DNA of 42,264 nt from IMG/VR virus record IMGVR_UViG_3300010271_000003. One strand, given 5' to 3'. Position numbers and translations under genes: made by a program. A model generated the notes under the pieces. The model ran no database searches and was not told the origin of the DNA. It saw only the letters and a program-made list of their open reading frames with translations. Shown in pieces: positions 23,730 through 32,066 of this stretch (position 1 is the first letter of the stretch; each line of letters starts with the position of its first letter). The stretch comes from a virus.

Positions 23730-23874
23730 ACCCGACTATGGTATCTTCACAGCTACAGGGTGGACTGGAGACGGCTCAATTGGATACTGTTACATAGAAC
23801 CCAAGAAGATACGCGTTGAAGGCAAACGCGTAAAATGCAGGTACTTTGTACCAAAGGAGGATACGACCAAATGA
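23701..23874 (+). CDS. Small Cys-containing protein (57 aa)
   Basis: The sequence is MMCKECLYYKP...CYIEP...CRYF. GGAGGAGG lies 11 nt upstream. Confidence 0.35.
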   Translation: MMCKECLYYKPDYGIFTATGWTGDGSIGYCYIEPKKIRVEGKRVKCRYFVPKEDTTK

Positions 23875-24362
23875 AAATATACGTTGCATCATCATGGAGG
23901 AACAATATACAGCCGGTAGTGGTGGCGGAGCTTAGGAAGCTCGGCCACGAGGTATACGACTTCCGGAATCCTGCGCCGGGCAACAATGGATTCCACTGGT
24001 CTGAGATTGATACTGAATGGAAGAACTGGAAGCATGAAGATTTTCTGGAAGCACTAAATCATCCTATTGCAGAAAAGGGTTTTAAGCTTGATATGGGCGC
24101 GTTACATGTGAGCGATATATGCGTCCTGGTATTGCCTTGCAATAGGAGCGCGCACCTGGAAGCGGGGTACAAGATAGGCCAGGGCAAGCCCACGATTATA
24201 TTGCTCGATGAGAGCTGCGAGCCGGAGCTGATGTACAAGATGACACCATATGTCTGCAAGAATTTGCCCGAGGTTATCAGCATTATTCAATTTTTGGAGG
24301 GGGTCAAGCAAGATGAGGATTATCGTCGACAACATGCTACGGCTGCAGGATATTCCGGATGA
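23871..24362 (+). CDS. Nucleoside 2-deoxyribosyltransferase-like (NDT/Rcl fold) protein
   Basis: ATG follows AAGGAGG. The pattern is MKIYVASSWRN...GHEVYDF...LPCNRSAHLEAGYKIGQGKP, resembling the NDT fold with a conserved Glu. Confidence 0.45.
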   Translation: MKIYVASSWRNNIQPVVVAELRKLGHEVYDFRNPAPGNNGFHWSEIDTEWKNWKHEDFLEALNHPIAEKGFKLDMGALHVSDICVLVLPCNRSAHLEAGYKIGQGKPTIILLDESCEPELMYKMTPYVCKNLPEVISIIQFLEGVKQDEDYRRQHATAAGYSG

Positions 24363-25734
24363 GATTTTGGAGCAAATCAAGAGCGAGCTGACAATCAAGA
24401 ACCCGGAGCATGCAAAGAAAAAAGCTATGGGCTTGAACCGCTGGGCGTGGGGTCCGGAATATATCAAGCTATGGACAGAGAAAACGGTCAATGGACGCAA
24501 GCAATATATTATCCCGCGGGGGTATTTTGCCCGGATGTGGGAAATTGCTAGCAAGGTAGGCAAAGGACTATTACATGATGAGCGCCTCAAATTACCACAA
24601 ATAGCATATCCTAAGAAACCACAATTAAGAGATTACCAGGCACCGGCGGTGGAGCTGGCCGGAGCATGGCAGCAGGGAGTTATCATTATGCCCTGCGGCG
24701 CCGGCAAGACTGAGACGGCTATGGGTATTATCGCTGAGTTAGAACAGCCCACACTCTGGATCACTCATACGATGGATCTGCTGAAACAGAGCATGGACCG
24801 GGCCAAGACCAGGCTGGGCCTCTCTGGAGATCAGGTCGGTATAATTCAGGCGGAAAATATGTCAATAGGATCCCACATGACTTTTGCGACAGTACAGACG
24901 TTGTACAAGAGAGAGCTCTCGGAGATTAAGTGGAAGTTTGGTTGTGTTGTTGTCGATGAGGCTCATCTGGTGTTTAAAGACGAGGAAAACGCCCGGATGT
25001 TTGAATCAGTTATATCTCAATTTCCGGCATATTACAGGTTTGGTCTGACGGCCAGCGAGTACCGGAGTGACGGACTGATTGAGACCATGTTCCATATCAT
25101 TGGCCCGAAAATCTATGAAGTTGCTCAGGATGATCCGCGGCTCCCGGTCATGAAGCCGAGGGTGGAGTTCATCGAAACGGATTTCGAGTATGAGACACCG
25201 GAAGGCGAAATGCTCAACATACAGCAGTTATATAAGGCAATGCGGGAAGACCTGGAACGAGACTATCCTATCTTGTGGATCATGAAGAACTGTATCCGGG
25301 AAAACAATTCATGCCTTGCGCTGGGCGATAGTTTAGAGCATTTGACGAGGCTTACGAAACTGGCCAAAGACCATGGTTTCACAGCTGTCTTTGTTTGCGG
25401 TGAAACGCCGAAGCGCGAGCGCGAAAAGATTATGGCCGACATGCGTGCCGGCAAGTACCAGTTCCTGTTTGCGACATATCAGCTGGCCAAACTGGGCCTG
25501 GACATTCCGAGGCTCGATAGGCTGATACTCATCACTCCACACAGGGACAAGACATCGATCCAGCAGGCGGTTGGCCGGATCATGCGGCCGTACGAGGGCA
25601 AGTCTCAGCCTGTGGTGTATGACATCTATGACAGCAAGGTCAGGCAGATGGTGTTCTGGGCCCGGGAGAGGAAGAAAGTATACCTGAAGCTTGGTTGCCA
25701 GGTTATCGGTGGACCCAAAGTGCGAAGGTGGTGA
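24313..25734 (+). CDS. Superfamily-2 DEAD/DEAH-type DNA helicase
   Basis: Motifs are Walker A MPCGAGKTE, motif II VVVDEAHL, motif III LTAS and motif VI QQAVGRIMR. The start follows GGAGGGGG. Confidence 0.85.
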   Translation: MRIIVDNMLRLQDIPDEILEQIKSELTIKNPEHAKKKAMGLNRWAWGPEYIKLWTEKTVNGRKQYIIPRGYFARMWEIASKVGKGLLHDERLKLPQIAYPKKPQLRDYQAPAVELAGAWQQGVIIMPCGAGKTETAMGIIAELEQPTLWITHTMDLLKQSMDRAKTRLGLSGDQVGIIQAENMSIGSHMTFATVQTLYKRELSEIKWKFGCVVVDEAHLVFKDEENARMFESVISQFPAYYRFGLTASEYRSDGLIETMFHIIGPKIYEVAQDDPRLPVMKPRVEFIETDFEYETPEGEMLNIQQLYKAMREDLERDYPILWIMKNCIRENNSCLALGDSLEHLTRLTKLAKDHGFTAVFVCGETPKREREKIMADMRAGKYQFLFATYQLAKLGLDIPRLDRLILITPHRDKTSIQQAVGRIMRPYEGKSQPVVYDIYDSKVRQMVFWARERKKVYLKLGCQVIGGPKVRRW

Positions 25735-25740
25735 CCTGGC

Positions 25741-26427
25741 ATGAGAGATGCTTGTAGATGGTGCGGGAGCATAGATCTCATGGAAACCATTATGGACCAT
25801 GGTCCGCACTATTCCAGGATAGACTGTAAGGACTGCGGCAAGTTCGTAAAGTGGGGCAAGAAGCCGGACGACAGAGAGCCGGCTGAGCCCGGAAATACAA
25901 AAGAAAATCGACGTATGGGAGGGATTGCTATGAACAAGGTCATGTTAGTAGGCAGGCTGACAAAAGATCCGGAACTGAGGTACACAACGGCGAACAACGT
26001 GCCAGTGTGCACATTCACGCTGGCGGTCGACCGCCGGTACAAGTCTGAAAACGGTCCTCAGGCGGATTTTCTTCCGATAGTCACGTGGAGATCCGCAGCG
26101 GAGTTCTGCAGCAAATATTTCCGGAAAGGTCGCAAGGTGATAGTGTTCGGTCGTGTAGAAACGCGCAGTTGGGAGGACCAGGATGGTCAGAAGCACTATA
26201 TCACTGAGATCGTTGCTGATGAGGTCGACTTCGCTGACAGCAAGAAGGATGACACAACTGCACCGCCACCGCCGCCGGAGGTGCCACCGGAGCCACCAAA
26301 GACACAGGGGCAGCCCGGAAACGGGTACCCTATACAGGATCTGAAACAGCAGGCAGCAGCTACAGCAGCTACCAGGCCGGCAAGCCCGCCGCCACAGGCA
26401 TATGAAAAGATGCCCTGGGAGGAGTGA
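25741..26427 (+). CDS. ssb: Single-stranded DNA-binding protein with in-frame N-terminal zinc-ribbon extension (canonical SSB from ATG 25930)
   Basis: The OB-fold is MNKVMLVGRLTKDPELRYT...FLPIVTWRSAAE. A Pro-rich linker and an acidic tip PWEE follow. The upstream 63 codons carry CRWCG...CKDCG with no intervening stop. Ribosome-binding sites precede both 25741 and 25930. Confidence 0.85.
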   Translation: MRDACRWCGSIDLMETIMDHGPHYSRIDCKDCGKFVKWGKKPDDREPAEPGNTKENRRMGGIAMNKVMLVGRLTKDPELRYTTANNVPVCTFTLAVDRRYKSENGPQADFLPIVTWRSAAEFCSKYFRKGRKVIVFGRVETRSWEDQDGQKHYITEIVADEVDFADSKKDDTTAPPPPPEVPPEPPKTQGQPGNGYPIQDLKQQAAATAATRPASPPPQAYEKMPWEE

Positions 26428-26432
26428 TTGCT

Positions 26433-26723
26433 ATGGCGGAAGGAGTATCTTTCAAAGTCATACTCAACCGGGACAACACATGCAGCATCGAGCTTGGAGA
26501 ATGGGAGAAACTACACCTGATCGACACGCTCAAGAAGGCGCACAACACGATGGTCAAAATGAGCAAATGGTTTGATGATGATTCGGTACCTATGGAACAG
26601 AAAATGCAGTACCGGCCGATGTATCTTGAATTGCTGCACACATACAGTTTTATCAGCGACCTGATTCGCAAGGCCGGCATTACGAATGAAGAGCTCAAAG
26701 AGGCACTGAACATTCCATTTTAA
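26433..26723 (+). CDS. Hypothetical protein (96 aa)
   Basis: ATG lies 8 nt after GGGAGGAG. No motif was recognised. Confidence 0.45.
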   Translation: MAEGVSFKVILNRDNTCSIELGEWEKLHLIDTLKKAHNTMVKMSKWFDDDSVPMEQKMQYRPMYLELLHTYSFISDLIRKAGITNEELKEALNIPF

Positions 26724-26735
26724 GGGGTTGCTCAA

Positions 26736-29150
26736 ATGTACTTCAACAACATTCCTGAGGAACTAAAGAAAATAGATAGATGGGTTTGCTGGAAGCTGGT
26801 CGTGCGGAACGGGAAACAAACAAAGATACCGATCAACCCGGTTACCGGCGGACAGGCGATGAGCAACAATCCCGAGACCTGGACCGACTACTGGACCGCA
26901 CATGACAAGATGGTCACGGCAGGTTATCCCGGCATTGGCTTTGTGTTCAACGGGGACGGTATCGTCGGTGTGGACATCGACGACTGCCGGAATCCGGAGA
27001 CGGGTGAGTTGACGGAGCTGGCCAGGGATATCATCGCTACTCTCGACAGCTACACGGAGCTCAGCCAGTCGGGCAGGGGGATCCATATCATCTGCAAGGG
27101 CAAGCTCCCGCCCGGCCGCCGACGGAAGGACCCCGTCGAAATGTATGAGACCGGACGGTACTTCTGCATGACCGGCCGGGTGCTGGACGATGCCCACACA
27201 GAGATCGAGGAGCGCACTGAACAACTGGCTATCGTTCATGCTAAATACGTAGAAACTAAAAAAACTCAAAAAAATGAAGCAGAAAACATTAAAAACGCAT
27301 CAAATTCTGAAGTTTTTCTCGATGATGAAAAAGTAATCGAGATCGCGCTCAATGCAAAAAACGGGGACCTGTTCGCGGAGCTCATGAACGGCAACTGGAA
27401 GGGCAGATATGCCAGCCAGAGCGAAGCTGATATTGCGTTGTGCAACCTGCTGGCCTTTTACTCCCGGTGTGATGCCGAGCAGATGCAGAGGATCTTCCGC
27501 CGGTCCGGGCTGTACCGGAAGAAATGGGACGAGCGCCGGGGTGAGGCAGGGACGTATGGCCAGATCACCATTGCCCGCGCGATTGCAGACTGCAGGGAAG
27601 TGTACGAACCACCGGCACCGAAAAAGTCCCGGTCCAAACAGGAAGAACCGCCGGAAATCGACCAGGGTCTGGACTATATCGGAGAACCTCCGCCGGAGAA
27701 ACTCCCGGAGTGGATCTATGGACCATACAACGACATGTGGAACGCCCAGCGCTTGGTTGAGAAGTATGGCGAGATCCTGAAGTATGACGTGATGAAGGGC
27801 TGGTACATATACGATGGCAAAGTCTGGCGCGAGGACACGCTTCGGCAGATCCGAACCCTGGCCGATGAAGCAATCACGGCAATATACCGGTACGAATCAC
27901 TCATTGCCGACGAGAAAAAGCGCAAGGAACTTTACAAATGGCTGTGCGGGTCCAGGAACGCCAGCAAGAAGGACAGCATGATCCGAGAAGCCGAGTCTAT
28001 CCCCGGCATCGCGGCACTGCCAGAATGGTTCGACCGTGACAAATTCCTTCTCAACTGTGCCAACGGGACACTGGACCTGCGGACCGGAGAACTACGGCTG
28101 CATCGAAAAGAGGATATGATCACCAGGATCCTGCCAGTACCGTATGATCCTGACGCAAAGGCACCAACCTGGGAATCATTCCTCAACAGGATTTTCGAGG
28201 GCAACAAAGACCTGATCGACTTCATCCAGCGGGCCATTGGGTACACGCTGACGGGATCTACAAAGGAGCAGTGCATATTTATCCTGTACGGTACCGGCAA
28301 AAACGGTAAGTCGACTTTCATCGAGACTATCCGCTCCATGCTGGGCGAATATGTACGTAAGGCCTCGGACAAGGTTTTCACTTCGAGGGAGTACAACTAC
28401 AACAGCATGGGCGAGATCGCCAGGCTCCCCGGGGCCCGGATGTGTACGACCGACGAACCGAACGAAGGCGCCCGCCTCGAGGAAGGTCTGGTGAAACAGA
28501 TCACAGGTGGAGCTCCTCTAATGGCTAAGCGGCTGTACAAGGAACCGTTCGAGTTCGTCCCCGAGTTCAAGCTGTGGATGGAGTGCAACCACAAGCCTGT
28601 GATCAAGGGTACCGATATCGGCATCTGGCGCAGGATCATGCTGATACCGTTCAGGGCATACATCACGGCTGAAGAGCAGGACACAGAACTGCCGAACAAG
28701 CTCCGTGCAGAGCTGCCGGGTGTGCTGGCCTGGGCGGTTCAGGGTTGTATGGCCTGGCAGCGCTATGGGCTCATACCTCCTGAAGAAGTCCGTATGGCCA
28801 CGGATGAGTACAGGATCGAAATGGACAATCTGCAGGCCTTCCTGGATGAGTGCGTAATCGCTGATTCGGCCTCGTCTGTTTCATCAGCAGATCTCTACCG
28901 TGTGTATTCGTCCTGGTGCGCGGAGAACGGACTGCGCCCGGTATCGGCAACAAAACTGGCGCGGAAGCTGCAGGAGCGCGGATTCCAAAAAGATCGCAAT
29001 AAGTATGCTCGTTACTGGGAAGGTATCAGGTTCACCGACCTGGCCAAGTCGTTCTTGCATTGGAAATACGAAGGTAAAAAGACGTATGAGCAGATGGAGT
29101 TTTATGATCCGGCAGATCTTAGTCTGCCAAAACGTTGGGAGGATTTGTAA
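26736..29150 (+). CDS. Bifunctional primase-polymerase / P4-D5-type replicative helicase
   Basis: It has an N-terminal prim-pol-like domain (GIGFVFNGDGIVGVDIDDC, GRGIHI), a central D5_N-like region, Walker A GTGKNGKST and the C-terminal domain typical of phage/plasmid P4-family primases. Confidence 0.9.
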   Translation: MYFNNIPEELKKIDRWVCWKLVVRNGKQTKIPINPVTGGQAMSNNPETWTDYWTAHDKMVTAGYPGIGFVFNGDGIVGVDIDDCRNPETGELTELARDIIATLDSYTELSQSGRGIHIICKGKLPPGRRRKDPVEMYETGRYFCMTGRVLDDAHTEIEERTEQLAIVHAKYVETKKTQKNEAENIKNASNSEVFLDDEKVIEIALNAKNGDLFAELMNGNWKGRYASQSEADIALCNLLAFYSRCDAEQMQRIFRRSGLYRKKWDERRGEAGTYGQITIARAIADCREVYEPPAPKKSRSKQEEPPEIDQGLDYIGEPPPEKLPEWIYGPYNDMWNAQRLVEKYGEILKYDVMKGWYIYDGKVWREDTLRQIRTLADEAITAIYRYESLIADEKKRKELYKWLCGSRNASKKDSMIREAESIPGIAALPEWFDRDKFLLNCANGTLDLRTGELRLHRKEDMITRILPVPYDPDAKAPTWESFLNRIFEGNKDLIDFIQRAIGYTLTGSTKEQCIFILYGTGKNGKSTFIETIRSMLGEYVRKASDKVFTSREYNYNSMGEIARLPGARMCTTDEPNEGARLEEGLVKQITGGAPLMAKRLYKEPFEFVPEFKLWMECNHKPVIKGTDIGIWRRIMLIPFRAYITAEEQDTELPNKLRAELPGVLAWAVQGCMAWQRYGLIPPEEVRMATDEYRIEMDNLQAFLDECVIADSASSVSSADLYRVYSSWCAENGLRPVSATKLARKLQERGFQKDRNKYARYWEGIRFTDLAKSFLHWKYEGKKTYEQMEFYDPADLSLPKRWEDL

Positions 29151-29154
29151 AATG

Positions 29155-29450
29155 GGTGACAGGTATGACAGGTTTGGTGACAGGTTTTTGCAACCTGTCA
29201 CCGCCTTAGAGCCAAGCGGGTTTGGGGTCTATTTTTTCTTCCTTTTCCATCTATTTTTATAAAAATGGATAAAAAATAAAAATAGAAAAGAAAAGGTATA
29301 GAAAAAATACGCATATAAAAATCTTAAGTTTTTGAAAACTACCTGTCAAACCTGTCACCAAAATGACTTCAAATGCAGTCGGCTGTAAGCCGGTGACAGG
29401 TTCGCAAACCTGTCACCCAACCCGTCACAACTTGTCACCAACCTGTCACC
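29155..29450. repeat. Putative replication origin: about 11 copies of the iteron ACCTGTCACC in both orientations, flanking a ~120-bp AT-rich segment
   Basis: Copies lie at 29155, 29164, 29176 (inverted orientation), 29193, 29341, 29350, 29392 (inverted), 29408, 29420, 29430 and 29441. The AT-rich tract spans 29221-29340 and includes the palindrome atttttataaaaat and a DnaA-box-like AATGGATAA. Confidence 0.7.
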
Positions 29451-29477
29451 GGCAACTAAATTTCTGGAGGTGAACGT

Positions 29478-30665
29478 ATGCGGCCTGATGAACTGGCAAT
29501 TGGAGATGAAGTGAAGATCTATGAGAAAGGAACGTGGAAAAAAGATAGGATCCAGGGTTATTTCAGGACCTGTACTGGAAGGATAGTTGACATTCGGCCG
29601 GCATACGTCCTGGTGGATACCGGCAATTACAGAACAAGATTTGACATCATCGAATTTCGCACACGTCGGTACCGGATCTTCAAGGCCAGTGGAGAAGAAG
29701 TGATATTCGCTCCCGTGCCTGATGTGATAGCCATAGAAAAAGCTGAGAGACGCAAGCATGTACAGGAATACTACGAAAGCCCGTTGGGCAGGAAGGAAAA
29801 AGAAAAATACGAGCGGCAAAAGGCAAAGAACGAAGAGAAGAGAGCCGTCACGTGGATGAAGGTTAAGGCACTCCTTGATCAGGGAATGACACCTGGAGAG
29901 ATCGCAGATAAACTCGGGACAAAACTTCAGACGGTCACCAGCCTGATCGGTAGATTCGAGAAAACTACTAAAGAGTTGGAGGGAACTGATATGGCGCATC
30001 TGACAAAAGATGTTGTGAAGAAAATGGCAGATGAAGGCATGAGTGTTGAAGAGATCGCGGAGCAGTTCATGCCGTCATATCCAAAAATGAAAAAATCTAT
30101 GATGATTGCGAAGGTAACTATGTTGCTGAACGGAAAGAAGTCGGGCAGGCCGGCAAAAGAAAAAACCGATGAGACAGTTCATGAAGATTTATTCAGAGAA
30201 CAGGAAGAAACAAGCATCAAAGAGATTGGCGAGCAAGCCCGGGAAGATATAGCGAAAGTTGCAGTTGAAAGTGAAGAAAAGATCGCGGCAAATAGTGATA
30301 AAAGCTTAACGGAGCCAAATTATTATGAATCAATAATCAATGTCAGGAGAGCAATTAAAGAGCTTATAGCACAATTCAAATCCGCAGTGGATGAATGTGT
30401 TAAGAATAGCGAATTCCATAAGGCAATTGACGATGTACCAAAAACAGCGCCAGATTACATCAACCACCCACCGCACTATACGACCGGCAAGATCGAGGTC
30501 ATCGATTATATCCAGGACAAACTTGGACCGGATCTTTTTGAAGGGTTCTGCATCGGAAATGTAATCAAATACCTGAGCAGGTACCGCTTCAAGGGCGGGG
30601 TCGATGACCTGAAGAAAGCAGCATGGTATCTGAACAGAATCATCAAGACGCTAGAGACTGCATAG
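29478..30665 (+). CDS. DUF3310-domain protein with N-terminal extension (395 aa)
   Basis: ATG follows GGAGGTG. The C-terminus is HPPHYTTGKIEVIDYI...GNVIKYLSRYRFKGG..DLKKAAWYL, the DUF3310 pattern as I recall it. Confidence 0.55.
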   Translation: MRPDELAIGDEVKIYEKGTWKKDRIQGYFRTCTGRIVDIRPAYVLVDTGNYRTRFDIIEFRTRRYRIFKASGEEVIFAPVPDVIAIEKAERRKHVQEYYESPLGRKEKEKYERQKAKNEEKRAVTWMKVKALLDQGMTPGEIADKLGTKLQTVTSLIGRFEKTTKELEGTDMAHLTKDVVKKMADEGMSVEEIAEQFMPSYPKMKKSMMIAKVTMLLNGKKSGRPAKEKTDETVHEDLFREQEETSIKEIGEQAREDIAKVAVESEEKIAANSDKSLTEPNYYESIINVRRAIKELIAQFKSAVDECVKNSEFHKAIDDVPKTAPDYINHPPHYTTGKIEVIDYIQDKLGPDLFEGFCIGNVIKYLSRYRFKGGVDDLKKAAWYLNRIIKTLETA

Positions 30666-30729
30666 GTTGCGTTTCTGGAAAGCAACCGCGAGAGGTTGCT
30701 GAAAATATAAAGATTGCGAAGGTGATTGT

Positions 30730-30894
30730 ATGGAACAGTCTTTTGAAAAAGATGTTATACCTGCTTATGATTATGCAGACTTGGACGGGAAAACGCTTGA
30801 AATAAAAGTACACGAAGGTGACGAAGCCATTGTGGTTAGCGGCAAAGATGTGCAAAGCGGCAAGATATATGTCATCTTGGTGAAAGTTAAGTAA
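30730..30894 (+). CDS. Small hypothetical protein (54 aa)
   Basis: ATG follows AAGGTGA. The sequence is MEQSFEKDVIPAYDYADLDGKTLEIKVHEGDEAIVVSGKDVQSGKIYVILVKVK. It is below the ORF-track cut-off. Confidence 0.35.
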   Translation: MEQSFEKDVIPAYDYADLDGKTLEIKVHEGDEAIVVSGKDVQSGKIYVILVKVK

Positions 30895-30952
30895 CTTCAC
30901 AATAGCAGGAATGTATGAATACAAAAGACAAGACTGACTGGGAGGGGTCAAC

Positions 30953-31249
30953 GTGAGGGAACTTGTACCGGGATATAAGCAAGCGATAAAGTTGTTGGAC
31001 AACAGAATATCAGAACTGGTCAGGCTGCGTGACTTTTTACAAGCTCGGACACATGACCCTGAACAGCTCGGAATGATCGAAGAACTAAACGAAAGACTAA
31101 AGCCGCTTAGGTCCATGCTTAATGACCTGCGGGAAGTTACAAGAGAGGTGGAGCATTACTATGACCGTTCGTGGTGGAGAAGCGAAGAACTCACTTGCAA
31201 CCAGCGAAAGTCTCGACGTTTTTTATACGCTGGACCCACAAGACGCTGA
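30953..31249 (+). CDS. Coiled-coil hypothetical protein (98 aa)
   Basis: GTG start follows GGGAGGGG. The last ~29 codons overlap the next gene and look like out-of-frame sequence, so the true C-terminus is uncertain. Confidence 0.4.
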   Translation: MRELVPGYKQAIKLLDNRISELVRLRDFLQARTHDPEQLGMIEELNERLKPLRSMLNDLREVTREVEHYYDRSWWRSEELTCNQRKSRRFLYAGPTRR

Positions 31250-31493
31250 AATGATGGAGAATTGCAACAATGCGCAAAGGGAACGGATGAGAAAATACAT
31301 AAATGCTGTGATGGAAATTATGTTGACGGCCAGACAGCGTCAGGTAGTGTGGATGTATTACGCAGAAGGAAAAACGATGACAGAGATCGCGGCCGCGCTC
31401 GGTATCAGCCCACGCGGAGCGAGGAGGGTGCTGGGAGCAGGAATGAGAAAAATTGAGAAACAGAAAAAAATTTTTTTAAAAATGGAACATTAA
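31161..31493 (+). CDS. Sigma-70 region-4 / YlxM-like HTH protein, candidate late-gene regulator
   Basis: ATG follows AGGTGGAG. The sequence LTARQRQVVWMYYAEGKTMTEIAAALGISPRGARRVLGAGMRKIEK is a region-4-type HTH. It is the last gene before the late region. Confidence 0.6.
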   Translation: MTVRGGEAKNSLATSESLDVFYTLDPQDAEMMENCNNAQRERMRKYINAVMEIMLTARQRQVVWMYYAEGKTMTEIAAALGISPRGARRVLGAGMRKIEKQKKIFLKMEH

Positions 31494-31517
31494 TATGTAC
31501 CGATTTTAGCTGAATTT

Positions 31518-31545
31518 GCCCTTATATATAAAGGGCTTTTTATTT
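31518..31545 (+). terminator. Rho-independent terminator after the regulator gene
   Basis: gccctt-atatata-aagggc is followed by tttttatttt. Confidence 0.65.
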
Positions 31546-31591
31546 TGCACTTCTGACCTCCTAATTTGGGCGGCAGCTTCTTCCTCCTTAT

Positions 31592-31641
31592 CGGCAGAGC
31601 CCGGCGCTCGCGAAGAACGTCCGGGCTCTACTGCTGTTTTT
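31592..31641 (+). terminator. Second terminator-like hairpin (AGAGCCCGG/CCGGGCTCT)
   Basis: A 9-bp GC-rich stem with a 16-nt loop, partly extendable, with a T5 run at 31637-31641. Confidence 0.5.
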
Positions 31642-31714
31642 GAGGTGGCGATGTTCGAAAAGAAGGATATTCTCCTTTTGTGGCGAATTATGGTAATGAA
31701 AGGGGGATGATTAA

Positions 31715-31954
31715 ATGGCTATAAAAGTAACTACAATAGTTTGCATGGATAATGGTAAGAAAATAGAACTTGAATACAAACCGACAGATCTTCTTGAAAT
31801 GATTACTGACAAAGAAGGGAAACCTCTTGACAAGTTCATCCAATTTGGGATGGATTTAATTAATCCAAAGCATATATCTGCGTTGTATTGGACAGAAACG
31901 GAAGAAAATACAGGCTATTATGATATTCTAGATTATGCAAAACTCACAAAATAA
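31715..31954 (+). CDS. Hypothetical protein (79 aa) isolated between terminators
   Basis: ATG follows AAAGGGGGA. No motif was recognised. Confidence 0.5.
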   Translation: MAIKVTTIVCMDNGKKIELEYKPTDLLEMITDKEGKPLDKFIQFGMDLINPKHISALYWTETEENTGYYDILDYAKLTK

Positions 31955-31960
31955 GCAAGT

Positions 31961-31982
31961 AGAGCCTTCGGGCTCTTTTTTA
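31961..31982 (+). terminator. Rho-independent terminator (AGAGCC-ttcg-GGCTCT plus T run)
   Basis: A 6-bp stem with a tetraloop, followed by T6. Confidence 0.7.
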
Positions 31983-31985
31983 CTG

Positions 31986-32049
31986 TGTCCGTTTCCTGTC
32001 CGAAAATTGTCCGTTTTTTGTCCGCTTAATGTGTTATAATGATTATAAT
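31986..32049 (+). promoter_or_regulatory. Activator-type promoter: four TGTCCG direct repeats at an exact 11-bp period abutting an extended -10
   Basis: TGTCCG occurs at 31986, 31997, 32008 and 32019, with degenerate TGTGTT at 32030. TG-T-TATAAT lies at 32032-32040 and a second TATAAT at 32044-32049. There is no -35-like hexamer. Confidence 0.55.
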
Positions 32050-32066
32050 AGAATTATTGTCTCAAT

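Noticed and set aside
29355-29999. Minus-strand ORF of 214 aa across the origin repeats and the 5-prime end of gene 29478..30665
   Set aside because: It runs through the iteron array and overlaps a plus-strand gene that has a strong GGAGGTG ribosome-binding site. It is most likely spurious.
30953-31493. Idea that ORFs 30953..31249 and 31161..31493 are one frameshifted late regulator (DUF1492/ArpU-like layout)
   Set aside because: Joining them would need a +1 shift with no obvious slippery or rare-codon site. The second ORF also has its own good ribosome-binding site (AGGTGGAG) and ATG. I kept them as two overlapping genes, and the C-terminus of the first remains doubtful.
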